From Phoronis australis (Eukaryota > Animalia > Phoronida): a DNA stretch of 64,000 nucleotides. This document shows positions 13,306 to 25,392 of this stretch, one piece after another. The position numbers and the translations under genes were made by a program. The notes below the pieces were generated by a model. It made no database searches. It was not told where the DNA came from and saw only the letters and a list, made by a program, of their open reading frames with translations. The DNA lies in NCBI GenBank assembly GCA_002633005.1, contig NMRA01000943.1, positions 1 through 64,000 of the forward strand. Direction: 5' to 3'. Numbering within the stretch: position 1 is the stretch's first letter; every line of letters starts with the position of its first letter.

Positions 13306-16300
13306 TGAAACCAGTTTACCACCACTTTCATTTCCACCTATTATGTTCAATTTCAGCGTGCTGCCTACTGCAGTTAGTATCCTGCCCTCTCAAACATTGT
13401 GTCGGGGTAGGTATTTAGCCCTTCGGTACCATTTAACGGGGGGCATCGTCTTGAGTTGTTATTTGCTCATTCACGTAGCCTCTCGGAGTGTGTTTGTCGT
13501 TGAGGTATCGGCTCGGGTATATACATTTTATTTATTAAGGATTTTGTGACGTCATCTTGTTGTTGTTGTCGTCATAACAAATCCTAGAAATACTAACAGA
13601 ATGACAGCATTTAAAGCGACTGGGTGGGTTTAACAAATGAGTCAACGTGGACCACCACCTTTATTATAACCTTGTATCAGCAGTGCTGCAGCGATGAATT
13701 NNNNNNNNNNNNNNNNNNNNNNNNNNNNNNNNNNNNNNNNNNNNNNNNNNNNNNNNNNNNNNNNNNNNNNNNNNNNNNNNNNNNNNNNNNNNNNNNNNNN
13801 NNNNNNNNNNNNNNNNNNNNNNNNNNNNNNNNNNNNNNNNNNNNNNNNNNNNNNNNNNNNNNNNNNNNNNNNNNNNNNNNNNNNNNNNNNNNNNNNNNNN
13901 NNNNNNNNNNNNNNNNNNNNNNNNNNNNNNNNNNNNNNNNNNNNNNNNNNNNNNNNNNNNNNNNNNNNNNNNNNNNNNNNNNNNNNNNNNNNNNNNNNNN
14001 NNNNNNCCCCCCCCCCCCATCCTCCTTGCTTCCTTGCTCTAAACAAAAAGTTCTCCGTGTTATGCCAGTTCCCATTTGTCTAATTACCTGTCGCCGGTAT
14101 TTCTTTTTTACTGTTTTTTCTTGATTCTTGCCCGTTTTTTGCTTAAGGTTATTTCCCACTCTCGAAATATGGTCAAATCTTGCTCACGTTGGAATACCAT
14201 ATCTAACATACGGCATGTGTCATCGGATTCATTTGAAACTCTCAGACATAGTAACTGATGCGCTTTTCTCCAAAATCTTGTTAGTAATTGTGATTCATTT
14301 TTTGCAAAAATCGGAAGGGGCATAAAACTAAAAGGAAGTTATAATTTACAAAACTGTACTACATTTTTGAGACTTTACGGTGTACATTAATACCAAACAG
14401 AATTCAGTAATGTTATTGATACCGCACATGTAGTTTTGTTATGAATGTAGGTTTTATGCTAAAATTTTTCTAAAACGACATAGTCACAAGAACCCATTAC
14501 TTCAAATTGGTATCAAGTCAAGAATCAAATTCTACTTTAATATAGGGACGTTTACTAAGTTAAACATGCCATTTTGTAGATATTTGACTAAATTCACCTA
14601 CAAGTCGATAGCGTCCTTAGATAATATTCAATTTGGAGGTTTTTCTGCCACACCAGTCCATTTATTAATGTTCCCCTTCAGTTAAAGGAACCCAATCCTA
14701 TTTTATGGACACACGATAGTGCAGTGGCGAAAGCCTGTCAGTGACGTGAAAGTTTAGTAGTATTGTGACTGGCATGGGTTTTAGACCCAGACACAGCTGG
14801 TTTGACAATTCAGTCAGCATAAGCACAAGAACCTGAAAGATGATGAAACTTCCTAAGTATAACGTGAGTCGAGGAAACATTTTTATCCGTGTAATCGTGG
14901 CTTCTCTTTGATTGGCCAATTGACAATGACGATTTCATCTTTCAGCGATCTCCATACTGACATGGTTTCGCGGAGAACTCACTTGCTAAACCAACGAACG
15001 TCGAGCACAAAGAAACATTTGAAATCATTAGCAGCAGTATAGCTTTCAACTGCGCTTGAATTTTGTCGGGTTGACTTGCTGTAGAATGAAGTGTTCTAGC
15101 ACTGAAAATAAGCTCTACGTTCAAAGCAAATAACGTTGGGTTTTGCGTCTGCGTGCGTCTACGCCTCACGATTCTGTAACTTACAGTGCGTAGACTAACA
15201 TAAAAATGGTGGTGCTCTGTGTCTGTGTATATTTATCCCCCACTACACCACTGCACCAGCACACGAAGAGATGGAGTCTTCTATAATAATACAGTTAGCC
15301 CCTGCTGATGGTGGTCCTCGGACGGGGCTCCCCATATTAGTACAGGAGCCTCTACTCTTGGTAACCTTGGGGGGAACCTGTATTAATATAGGCTGTCCAA
15401 TTTTCAGGCTCGATAATTATTTTTTGCTTATTTAGTTTAAAAATAATAAGCTATTTAAAACAATAAGCGGTTCGTACCTACTTCTGCTTTTAAATAGTAT
15501 TCACTAAGTTTAAAAATTCATCCCTGGCAATCGCATTATTCTGGTATGATTGCTGCACCCTAATACATAGATTTGGACTAAATTCAAGTCCCGGTAACTA
15601 TATCCATGTATTACTTCTGTATTCAAAAATAAGTTTATCGATGTCGATGTAAAAATGAGAGTTGTCTTTGTTCGGCGCATAACGATTGATTACATTACCC
15701 AGAATATTTTCCCGATGATGATGACTTCAATAGCTATAAATTTTACGGCAAATTCTCACTTGTCTGACTAATTCATAATCAAAATGAGTATCCTACATGC
15801 AGTACACATACAATATGCCTTCATGGTTTCATGAGTTATGTTAATTGTGATAATGAATAATTACATTCAATTTATTTTGAAAGTCGACCATAACATTATA
15901 TTTTACAATCTTTTTCAACATACGTACACCACTCAGATAATCAATAGACATACAGTTGGTACACCGTCAGGTTCTACCCCTTGTTTCGAGTCAATGGCAA
16001 CATGAGAGTCAATCTTAAATATAAAGGCCCTAAGTGCTTATCTCGACGTAATCTAAAAAGTTACCTCAACAAGGCGCTCCATATATCATATCAAAAGCTG
16101 AAATCCAGAGCATAAGTGAGTTCTAATTAATAGTGGTTATACAAATTATTTTGTTGATAACTAAGTAAAGGGCAAACTGAGCGTGTTAGCCGGTACCTCA
16201 AGGTCGCGTGATTCAACAAAAGTCAAGTTTTGGGTAATTGGCATTCCAGGATTTGTTATGAAAAAAACCACTGAAAAAAATATATATTTGCTTAAGGAAA

Positions 16301-18997
16301 GTACAGTCTTCAAGTTCCAGTTTAAGAATTTTAGCGGAGCGCTCGGTTCTGGTTGCTTTGTATGATAACGCGGTGTTGTAAACTACAAGATTGTCTTTTG
16401 TATATCTTTCCTAGAACGAGCGCGGTATAAAATCAATAATAAGACACTGAAGTGAAAAAAACAAGAAACCGTAAGTAGCGCCACCTCTTCGTTGAAAAAG
16501 TAAACAGTACTAGTTGATGGTTGCGAGAAATCACTTCACGTGACTGGCATTTTCCCAAGTACCATTCCTAGCGAAATTGCGCTTTATTTCCATCAAAATC
16601 TCTTTTAAATGAGACTTTTTTCTCATAATTCCTACAAAACCTTTTCCGACTTGATTACCCTTAAAACGACTTACTTTCAAGTACGAGACTTAACTGGAAA
16701 GATTGGGCTCCAATATCCAATATCAAACGTCAATGTTATATTGACAAGTTTTTGTTGCAACAGCTGCACTCATTGTTCGGTTGCAATCAGGATCAATAAA
16801 TAAAAACGCAGCTGTACATAAACTCTTACGAAAAAAGTAGGTTCTGAAAGATAACATTTCCATTGAAGCTTCTGCCTCGTAAATCGGCCCCTTTTAGAGT
16901 CCTATATAAAAATGAATGAGTATCCTATTTTGTTGACCCTGAATCAATCCCATTTGTCAAGCATTCCCTCTCTCAATTATAATTGATCAATTACAAACGG
17001 GTGAAAGACATCGAGGAAGCAGCCTGATATAATTCGTCTTAGCATAACAAGTAAAGACAAGGGTTCCTATGTACTAATCTGGTTTTGTTAAAAAAACGTC
17101 TCGTTCGCTATACGGAAGCTTACATTTTCACTACGTGTACGCCATGTATTGATGAACAAAACCACTTCATGGTTTTCCAAAGATCAGACTCGGAAATGCA
17201 ATCCCAACCATAAGTAAAACACCAAAACGGAATTTTATGTGAGTTTAAAAACATCATGACGGACTTCTATGTGTGTTTAAAAATGTTGACTAGTAGTGCA
17301 GGATATGCCAAGTTCTTGAATATGTGAATTCATAGGTCACTAGCGGGTTAGGCATCTGATCATGAAGTGAAAGACCGGTTACGTGTCTGCAAACTTAAGT
17401 ACACTCTACTTCAAAGACTGAGGTTAACATCGATATGCATTGAATATATAAGGGCAATGCGAATAAGTATACGGTAGTTGACAAACAACTAAGTTGAACT
17501 CCGACCGATGAGAAAAATGGACATGTAGAGTCTATTGGCAAGAAAGGGGTACGTTACACTACATTAACAAACTTCCTCACTTTCCAGGATCTAAAGCACT
17601 AGCACGGACATGTCGCTTACGCAAGTACTACATGTAGGCCCACTGAGACACCGTACAATATGAACCTGATGCATTTGACCCGGTAACAAATGATAACGTT
17701 CTACGCACAATGCATCATGTGAAAGCAAACAGTTGATTGATTTATCGCGAGCTTGTACATGAGTTGTCATAGACAGTTTGAGCGCCAGTCAACATTCATT
17801 GTTTTTCTTGGCTTGGTATACAGCGGCATAACGTTATTTATAGAACATGACCTAAATTAGGACAACTGGACGGTTGCCATTAACCAATGAGAGCGGTCTT
17901 GCTTCGCGAGGCCTTGCTGGTCTTCTCAGAAGTGAACGTAGAATGCAGTAATTAACGTTCCACTATGAAATGCACACACAAACCTACACTCAACAACGCA
18001 CAAATGCCACGAGCCGTGAATACTTGTGAGTCTATCACAGCGCTTTTCTTGAGCTTGACAAAAGGTGTTCGGTGAGAAAGTTATTTGAAGAACACGACCT
18101 TAGTGAAAATATAGACGGTCACCTTAACCAGTCTCGTTTACAATACACCTGGCGAAAACTGTGACATCACTGAAGTCAGTCTTGCCCAGAAGTGAACGTA
18201 TACTCTAGGAGTTAACGCTCCACTACCGTAACATGCGTATAGAGTTATTCTCCCATCTACATTTTTAGAATAATTTATAAGGATATCTTCAGCCTGACAT
18301 TTTATTTGCAATGACAATCTGGATCGAGGGGATCAGTCCGAGTCCAGGTGAGGGCTACACTGATATTGTTATTTCCAGACAAATCATAACAGCTCAAATC
18401 ACACCTTCTAAACACACGTTGGCAACCAAATAGAATTTTTGAGTTGAGACAAGAAAAAAAATGGCGACCAGCTTGTGAATAAGTGCATAAACCGGTTGAA
18501 GACATAAAATTTCAGGCTTGAGGAAGGGATTGATTGACGGTTGGTTTAGTGTGACAACAATGGTTTGGTCTGTGTCAACAATCGAGTTTTATAAATGTCC
18601 ATTGTCAAAAGGCATGCATGAAACCAAACGTGCAGAGGTAGACTTTTATTATTTTCTATGAAGTGGTACCCTCACCCAGGCTCCGCCCCTCCTCTGCGGT
18701 GATATTGGGAAATTCCTAGTGCGACTGAATTCAGCCATTTTGCGACAGTACAAGGGTGTAACTTAAAATGTCTTTTGCCAACAATACATTGACATGAATG
18801 TGGGTCTCAAAACGTTCATTAACTTAACAAACTATTAAGTTGATTGTAAAGTCACGCTGATCGTCGACATAACGCCGCGGGTTAAACAATCAAACTTCAA
18901 AAGCCCGCCCTAAATAAACATATTCAGCATACAAGATTTCAACGACTATGACAGGGGAGGGGCGAAAAGATGAAATGATTTCTGAGAAAACTCTCAC

Positions 18998-19054
18998 CTT
19001 GTCCAATTCTGCGTCATCGAGATGTAAACGACATGATTCCTTGTTAGATGCCAT
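18998..19054 (-). CDS. Putative first coding exon of an unknown small gene (MASNKESCRLHLDDAELDK)
   Basis: ACCATGG start context, AAG|GTGAGA donor and upstream TATTTAA/TGACTCA; the paralogue at 21327-21377 is conserved in the same frame. Confidence 0.35.
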
Positions 19055-20694
19055 GGTCAATGTCTGGTCGTTAGAATCCCTGCGGTTCTTCTTCGTCGAG
19101 TGAATATTATGCAGCGTACTGAAAGCAAAGTACTCCTCAGTGGGTAATTCCTGAAGTTTCGATGAGTCATTGCTTAAATAGGTTATTGACAGCCAACAGG
19201 TGGCAGGTTAGGCTTTTATCTGACAATACAGTTAAATAACAAATGTATACTCTGCGCAAGTGATCCTATTTTGAACTTAGTAGTAACCTGCACGGATTTT
19301 AAATGCAACTTTCACCAATACCAGTGACACCAGCACTGTGTTGTTATCATAGACATCTTTATACTATACTTAACTCTAAACAGTACTGAAGCATACGCTC
19401 ATTCCCGGGCCGTGCTGCGCGGCACACAAAACCCGTCCCCCCGCTGCACTACTGAGGCATTCGTTGCGGCGCCCGTTTCGGCACCACCTTGGTCTCATGC
19501 AGCTTCGAACCAGGTCCCAAGCACTGTAGAGGCCCTCTGTTTAGATTCGAGGTGTTACATTTTTTCTTGCTGGACGGGATGTAAGACATTTCGGTGCCTG
19601 CCAAAACGGGGCCAGCTGAACACCGGGCAAGTGCATGACGGCGTACTGTCGTTCAGCACTGTTGAACTATTGCAGACGTGAGGGCTTTTGAACGTGTTTC
19701 CTTGGGAACTGCCTACCACAGTCTTTTGTCCCGTACGACAATAGGAAGGCCAATTATCTCTCCCAGGCTTCAAAGGCTTAACTGAAACCTGGCGGAATGA
19801 ACTGTCTTAATCTTGGTGGGTTGTAGTTGGGAGACTTTGGTGATTCAAAAACTAAATATGATCAGCATTTGACAAGAAATTCAGAAATGCTATTGGTTTT
19901 ATGTTCAAATATGTTATAACTTAACTTTCTTTTTAGCAGCACAGCCCAGTTGTCGGAGATTAGAGCCGAAGGTTACCGAACTTAATCCAGGTGAAATCAT
20001 GAACACTGCCGGAGGCAAGTCTTCTCAGAAGTGTAGACCGTAGTAATTAACGTCTCACTATATATGACATGCGCACATACTTAAAACTGTCTTATTTTTC
20101 TAAGTATAGTTTTTTGGTATAGTTAAAAGTCGGTCGGACAATGCACGCGGCGATGACAGGAGGGATGAAAAGCGCAGGCCTATACATTTCCTCTGGTTGT
20201 TTTCAATTCCATCCCGCATGTAACTCCAGTACAATTGAAACAGCTTAGATCACACATTTTAAACAAACATGTGCTGCCAATCATATAGGACTTTTAAAAA
20301 GATGAGACAAAAGAAAAATATCTGGTGACCAATGAGAGTGCTTCGGCGCAGTTAGGAATATTGTGATTGATCGGAGGAGTTGCTTGGCCTGCCCGAACAA
20401 CGGTGCTACAGCCACTCGTATAGTCTAGTTATATAATGTTGACTGCCTAAAAGGATGCTCCAAGGCTTGCAGACATAATGGATAGCCCGGCCTTCTACAC
20501 CATTTTCTATACAAAGAGGTGTTCAACACCCCTCGCCGCTTTGCCCCGTGACGTTGGGAAATTCCTAGTGTACGTGAAGCCATTTTTAGAGTACGAGGTT
20601 CTCGAGTCTTTTTGTCAACGCAAGAGCGAATGTATTTTTTCATCTCAGAATCTCGAAAGGTTCGCACAATAATAACTATACCGTATAGGCCTCG

Positions 20695-21183
20695 AGGCGG
20701 ATCTAGGATACCGAGGGGCGGACACGTACGATGACCTCGGGGAATTGTAAAGCGCGATTGTATCTGCACACTGGCAGGCGGCACGCCATTCCGGGCCTCC
20801 AGTCGGGGACGTGGACTTTCTCAGTGTTCAGAAACCCTGTCGTCGGACTAAAACAAAAAAAACAGGAACAAGATTCCGCCCCTCGACCTGGGTATGACCC
20901 CCCCCCCACNATTGTATCTGCACACTGGCAGGCGGCACGCCATTCCGGGGTCGGGGACGTGGACTTTCTCAGTGTTCAGAAACCCTGTCGTCGAACTAAA
21001 ACAAAAAAGAAACGGGAACACGATTCCGCCCCTCGACCTGGGTATGACTCCCTCCCCCCCACATCCGCCACCAGTCCTAGTTACTGCACTCAATATATTG
21101 GCGCTGTTGGATCATTTCACTTTTTCTGCGGCAGCTAGGGCGGGGCGGGGCCGGACCACCTGGGCCTTCCCTAAATCCGCCTT
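20695..21183. mobile_element. GGCGGAT-terminated MITE-like family B insertion with an internal ~150 bp duplication
   Basis: AGGCGGATCTAGG ... CCTAAATCCGCCT termini. The element is absent from the paralogous block at 18.7-19.0 kb. The internal duplicate copies are split by a single N at 20910. Confidence 0.6.
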
Positions 21184-21326
21184 GGAACTTCACGGTGATT
21201 GTGTACTGTTCGGCGTACGCCGAGAGTGAAACAATCAAACTTTGATAACATATTAACATAAACAGGTTACGCTGGGACAATCAAGCTGGGCCCGAACAGG
21301 TGGCAAAACATTTTAAAAATTCTCAC

Positions 21327-21377
21327 CTTTCTCAATTGTGCCTCAGTGAGAAGTAAACGCCTTGATTTCTTGACCAT
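21327..21377 (-). CDS. Paralogous putative first coding exon (MVKKSRRLLLTEAQLRK)
   Basis: AAG|GTGAGA donor; aligns in frame with 18998-19054. A phase-compatible candidate exon lies at 19555-19788. Confidence 0.35.
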
Positions 21378-23589
21378 ATCGCCGACTTCTCTTCAGAGTC
21401 ACTGTCGTTGTTATGCGCGAGTAGGCTACGCAGCTTAAAAATACACTTTTGGTTTTCCCTGAAATTTCGATGAGTCACTGGGTAAATAGGTCATCAAGGC
21501 AGCCAATAGACGGCGGGTTAGCTAACTGATTTCTGCAACAACACATATCTGACTTGACTCACAAGTGACCGTGCAAAAGATGTTGGCCGTTTATAATCAA
21601 TACAGCTGAACATGAAACATACTTTTACATGTGGTGTGACTCGATCACTTCCCCCATTGCTGTAATGGCATCAACCCTTGCCGATTCGAAGACAGGACCG
21701 TAGTACAAACGATATGGGACTAGAGTCGTGATCCGCAGCGCGCGCTCCAGCGGCTCGCACTGTTATAACACTGAGTTTGGTTACAGTACAACAATCCTTC
21801 TAGATCTATTTTCGTTTAAAATAAAATTTGACTCGGAAAAATAAGAGACCACTTGAAGTGTTGAAATACGCTTACAAATCACCAGGTACATGTAGTTGAC
21901 AACACTGTATTGCATAGTAAAAACTGAGTAAACGCCTTGAAGTTCGATTTTGAGATCTACACTATAGCCTAGTAGGTAAATGCCAAGGTTGACCTTGTGA
22001 TTGTTCAAAAGGAGGCGACCTTTTGTAGGGTTTCAAAGCGAATTATTTTGAAAATTTAGATCCTAATATGACATTTTCAATAAATTTCAATATTGATTCA
22101 TGACGAAAAAAAACAAGTTAATCAGTATATCGTTTATGCGTTTCCACTTATTTTGCACCAAACAAAACGACCTCATTTTTTTATTCTCGCTGATACCAAT
22201 GACCGTCGTCCGGGAATGTCAGTACACACTTTCGTCTTCAAAATGACATGAATGCAAAGTTCTTAATATAATTTTTTGGGGTAACTGATAGCACACTATG
22301 TATTATACATGTACACCAGGGAATTGCCTTTGAACAATTCGGTGGGATCCAACGTTTTTGTATTTGGACTGCTAAGGTGGCCGGAGTCCTGTCATCTTCA
22401 GGCCCGCCGCGGGGATTCCCAACTCGGCCCGTAGTAGAAATTGTGCTAATTAATTGAATAAAAAGTTTTAAAAGTGAAAATGTTGACCAATTTGAATATT
22501 AATTGTAGTGAAATGACCACATTAATATGTTTGCTTGAAATCCCATGTATTTTGCACCAACTAAACTAAACGTCCCACACAATGACAGGCGCCGCCATGT
22601 AACCTCAAGCGAGCTCCGGCTGCACACTACTTAATTGCTGCCTACCCGGTTGAAATCTGTGTACAACAAACTATGTACTCAGAAAAAAAAATGTATTATA
22701 GTTTTCTGGTGACCGTGTCTGCCATACATGTATACAGCCTCTTAAAGTTGATTATAATTGTATAAAGTGTGCCGGCGGGTGCCTGGCAAGTGGTTTGAAC
22801 GCCAAAGCAAGGAGATAACAATATTAAGCAATAGAGTATACTAAACACCCGTGTTTGGCAGACCTGAGAACTATGCATGTAAAACAATGGTACTGAATGA
22901 GATTTCAAGTGTATAAGCTGAAATTCGGGGTGTAGGAATGGACCAAGTAAGGCAAACCGCGTTATCCCAGCCTGGGTGTATATCGATATTCATAGTCGAC
23001 AAGGATTTTTTTCAGTCAACTGACTCATGCCTGACCTTGAAGGGACGGTATAGCTTATTCATTGTTAAAAACCATTTAAACGGCCGAATACAATACAAAT
23101 TTGCCTGCCGGTTCAAAGACAAGTCAATAATAACGTTTAATTTTATGTAACTAAATGTTTTCTTGCCTCCCCTGAGAATAGTCAGCATGTCAATGACATT
23201 CGTCTCTGGTAGATTCGGCAACACCTCCTGCAGGATTTTTGCTTTTCGTCACAGGTGAATGGCCGTGCTGTTCTTATAGCTTTCGCTGCTTCAGCAAGGT
23301 TGTACAGTGTGCTCACGACACATGTGCCTTGATAACCTACTAGATAGCGGGGTGAATCACAACAAATATATGGGCCTACAGATAAACGTTAGGCCAACAA
23401 AGTAGCGAGGAATCAACAGTTACATGAATAAAAAACTAAAAACACCAAGAAAACCAACATGTGGAAAATTGGTGGAAGACGAATTCCTAAACGTTACAAA
23501 ATTCTAAAGAAAAATTCTCAGCCCTAACTCAAAAATCAACCACAAGAAATGGTCTGCACACCAAGAGCACCTAAACGACAGTGACCGTG

Positions 23590-23898
23590 GGCCGTTGGGG
23601 AGAAATTGTCGCCGTAAAATTACTTGTGCAAATTAATTCTTATAAAAGTAGCGTAAAATGATTATTTGCGGTGTCAAGAAAAGTAATAGTTGTATTGGCG
23701 AATTACGCCGTTAAACCGGCTACGTGCGCAAGTTAATTCTCGTTAGACGCGTAAATTAATTATTCAGATGTGTAAATTAGTTAATTGCTGCGAAAGTGAT
23801 CATTTGAGACGCAACGTAATTATTTGCGACGTATTTTAACTTCGTAAAATAATCATTTGCTGCGTAATTTTACCGTGCGACACCTTCCCCCTACGGCC
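23590..23898. mobile_element. MITE with ~35 bp imperfect TIRs and internal short AT-rich repeats
   Basis: GGCCGTTGGGGAGAAATTGTCGCCGTAAAATTAC ... GTAATTTTACCGTGCGACACCTTCCCCTACGGCC. Confidence 0.55.
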
Positions 23899-24099
23899 AT
23901 TCCCAGTGACCGCTTATTACGGGCCAGACAGTTCTTCCTTTATTGGTATAGTAATATGTAGTATTTATTTATTATAGTGACAAGTACAATTAATTCAAAC
24001 AGTTATAGGTATGACATTCGTGGGAAAGATAAGTACCCAGCCCACCGTATATATATGATGACAGATTCCTTACACCGGCCAGGGCAGCGTTACTTATAG

Positions 24100-24213
24100 G
24101 TGTCGCTGTAACAACATGGCGGCCCCCATGTTTGATTTTCTTCGTCGGGGGAGAAGTGACTGGATGACAAAGTCGTTTTATGTAGATTGCTTTTAACTGA
24201 AACTGTACGATAT
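24100..24213 (+). promoter_or_regulatory. Candidate TSS / non-coding first exon of TRUB2
   Basis: CAACATGGCGGC (YY1-type downstream promoter motif) at ~24112-24123, then a GTAAGT donor at ~24214. An AG acceptor at 26950-26951 precedes the TRUB2 ATG. Confidence 0.4.
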
Positions 24214-24566
24214 GTAAGTTTAAGGTACCTCAATATTCATTCTGGTAATGGTTGGTAATTCATTATTTCATCTAGGCAATATGTCGGCTCAACCCGGATT
24301 AAGGAAGGGCACAGGCGTCCTCTGTTGGCCCGAACAGAGGCGATGGTCATTGCTTACTTCTGGTCGTACACGCTACACTATATAAAACTTCAAGATATGA
24401 CATTCCGGACTAGAAATTCCACGGGTGATTCTCTTCAGCCGTCCATAAAAGCAAACTCGATATAAATTTACACAAAACTAATAACTCGATCTAACCGGTG
24501 ATTGTTGGAACGCAGAATTCACAATGCCGAGTGCCTGTTTTATGTCTGATTAACCCTACCCATGAT

Positions 24567-24658
24567 CACAATCGTCCTCAGCTTCTGATCGTCCCCAATA
24601 CACTACATAGTATTATATGTAGTGTATGGGGGACGATCAGAAGCTGAGGACGCCTGTG
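24567..24658. mobile_element. 92-bp fully palindromic hAT-type MITE
   Basis: CACAATCGTCCTCAGCTTCTGATCGTCCCC...GGGGACGATCAGAAGCTGAGGACGCCTGTG, with an exact 8-bp TSD CCCATGAT at 24559-24566 and 24659-24666. Related end fragments occur at ~24310 and ~25049-25075. Confidence 0.85.
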
Positions 24659-25234
24659 CCCATGATGGCATTTCTCAATGATTAAGCACAACTTCGTCTA
24701 AGTGATTTTGAAATTGACTCGAGTTGCTCCCAGTCATATCAAACAATTGCTTACTTAATAAAATAAATTTCTTTTCTACTGTTGACAGTTGAAAAGTGTA
24801 ATTTTTAAAAAGGCCACTCGTAACGCAAAAAATACATAAAATTCATTGACAAAAATATGCATAAATTTCTCAAACATTGTCTGATTTTGATGATTCTTTT
24901 TTAATTTGCCCACAACTAAATATCTATACACATGAGATTCAGTTGGCGTTTGGTAATTAAGTGACCAAAAAATGTATTTTAGACAGTAACACAGTCAACT
25001 CTCGAATATGGACCTAGATTGTGATTTAACCGAGTGTAGCGTATTGTAGACGATCAGAAGCTGAGGACGCCTGTGATTCAAGGTAGGTTCTAGCTCACAC
25101 TCACAGGGAGCACTGCACTGGCACTGACACATTTTCTAGCAGGACCGACTAAAGATGGTGAAGCTCCTAGTAGGCAACACATTGCCCCTCGGTTCATTGG
25201 CCTGAGGCATTCAGGATTCAGGGTGATGTAATTT

Positions 25235-25392
25235 GGGGCGGATCCAGGATTTTGAGTTAGGGGGGCCAGAGCAGAGTGTTTGCTAGGATTTTGCCCGTTT
25301 TAGACATTTGCACCCCTGCACTGCCAAATGGAATCTGCGACAACTTTAGGGCGGGACATGGCCCCCTTGGCCCACCTCTAACTTCGCCACTG
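25235..25392. mobile_element. MITE-like family B copy
   Basis: GGGGCGGATCCAGGATTTTG...CTCTAACTTCGCCACTG; reverse-complement match to 53511-53658. Confidence 0.6.

Larger units (their letters stand above)
18180..21570 (-). repeat. Old tandem segmental duplication, ~1.85 kb period (18180-19270 vs 20020-21570)
   Basis: Colinear conserved blocks: CAGAAGTG...TTAACG (18188/20026); ACAGCT.A.ATCACAC (18389/20240); TGAGACAA.A.AAAAA (18444/20303); TTGGGAAATTCCTAGTG (18705/20554); TCTCACCTT..CAATT.TGC.TCA..GAGA.GTAAACG (18992/21321); CCTGAA.TTTCGATGAGTCA.TG..TAAATAGGT (19150/21458). Confidence 0.8.

Noticed and set aside
13309-13440. Ig-like peptide (PVKWYR...STLKLNII) continuing across the Academ insertion site on the minus strand
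   Set aside because: It has in-frame stops, lacks the conserved Ig cysteines and has no splice support.
13624-14159. Long X-containing ORFs (also near 33193-33577 and 47622-48215)
   Set aside because: They are artefacts of N-gaps.
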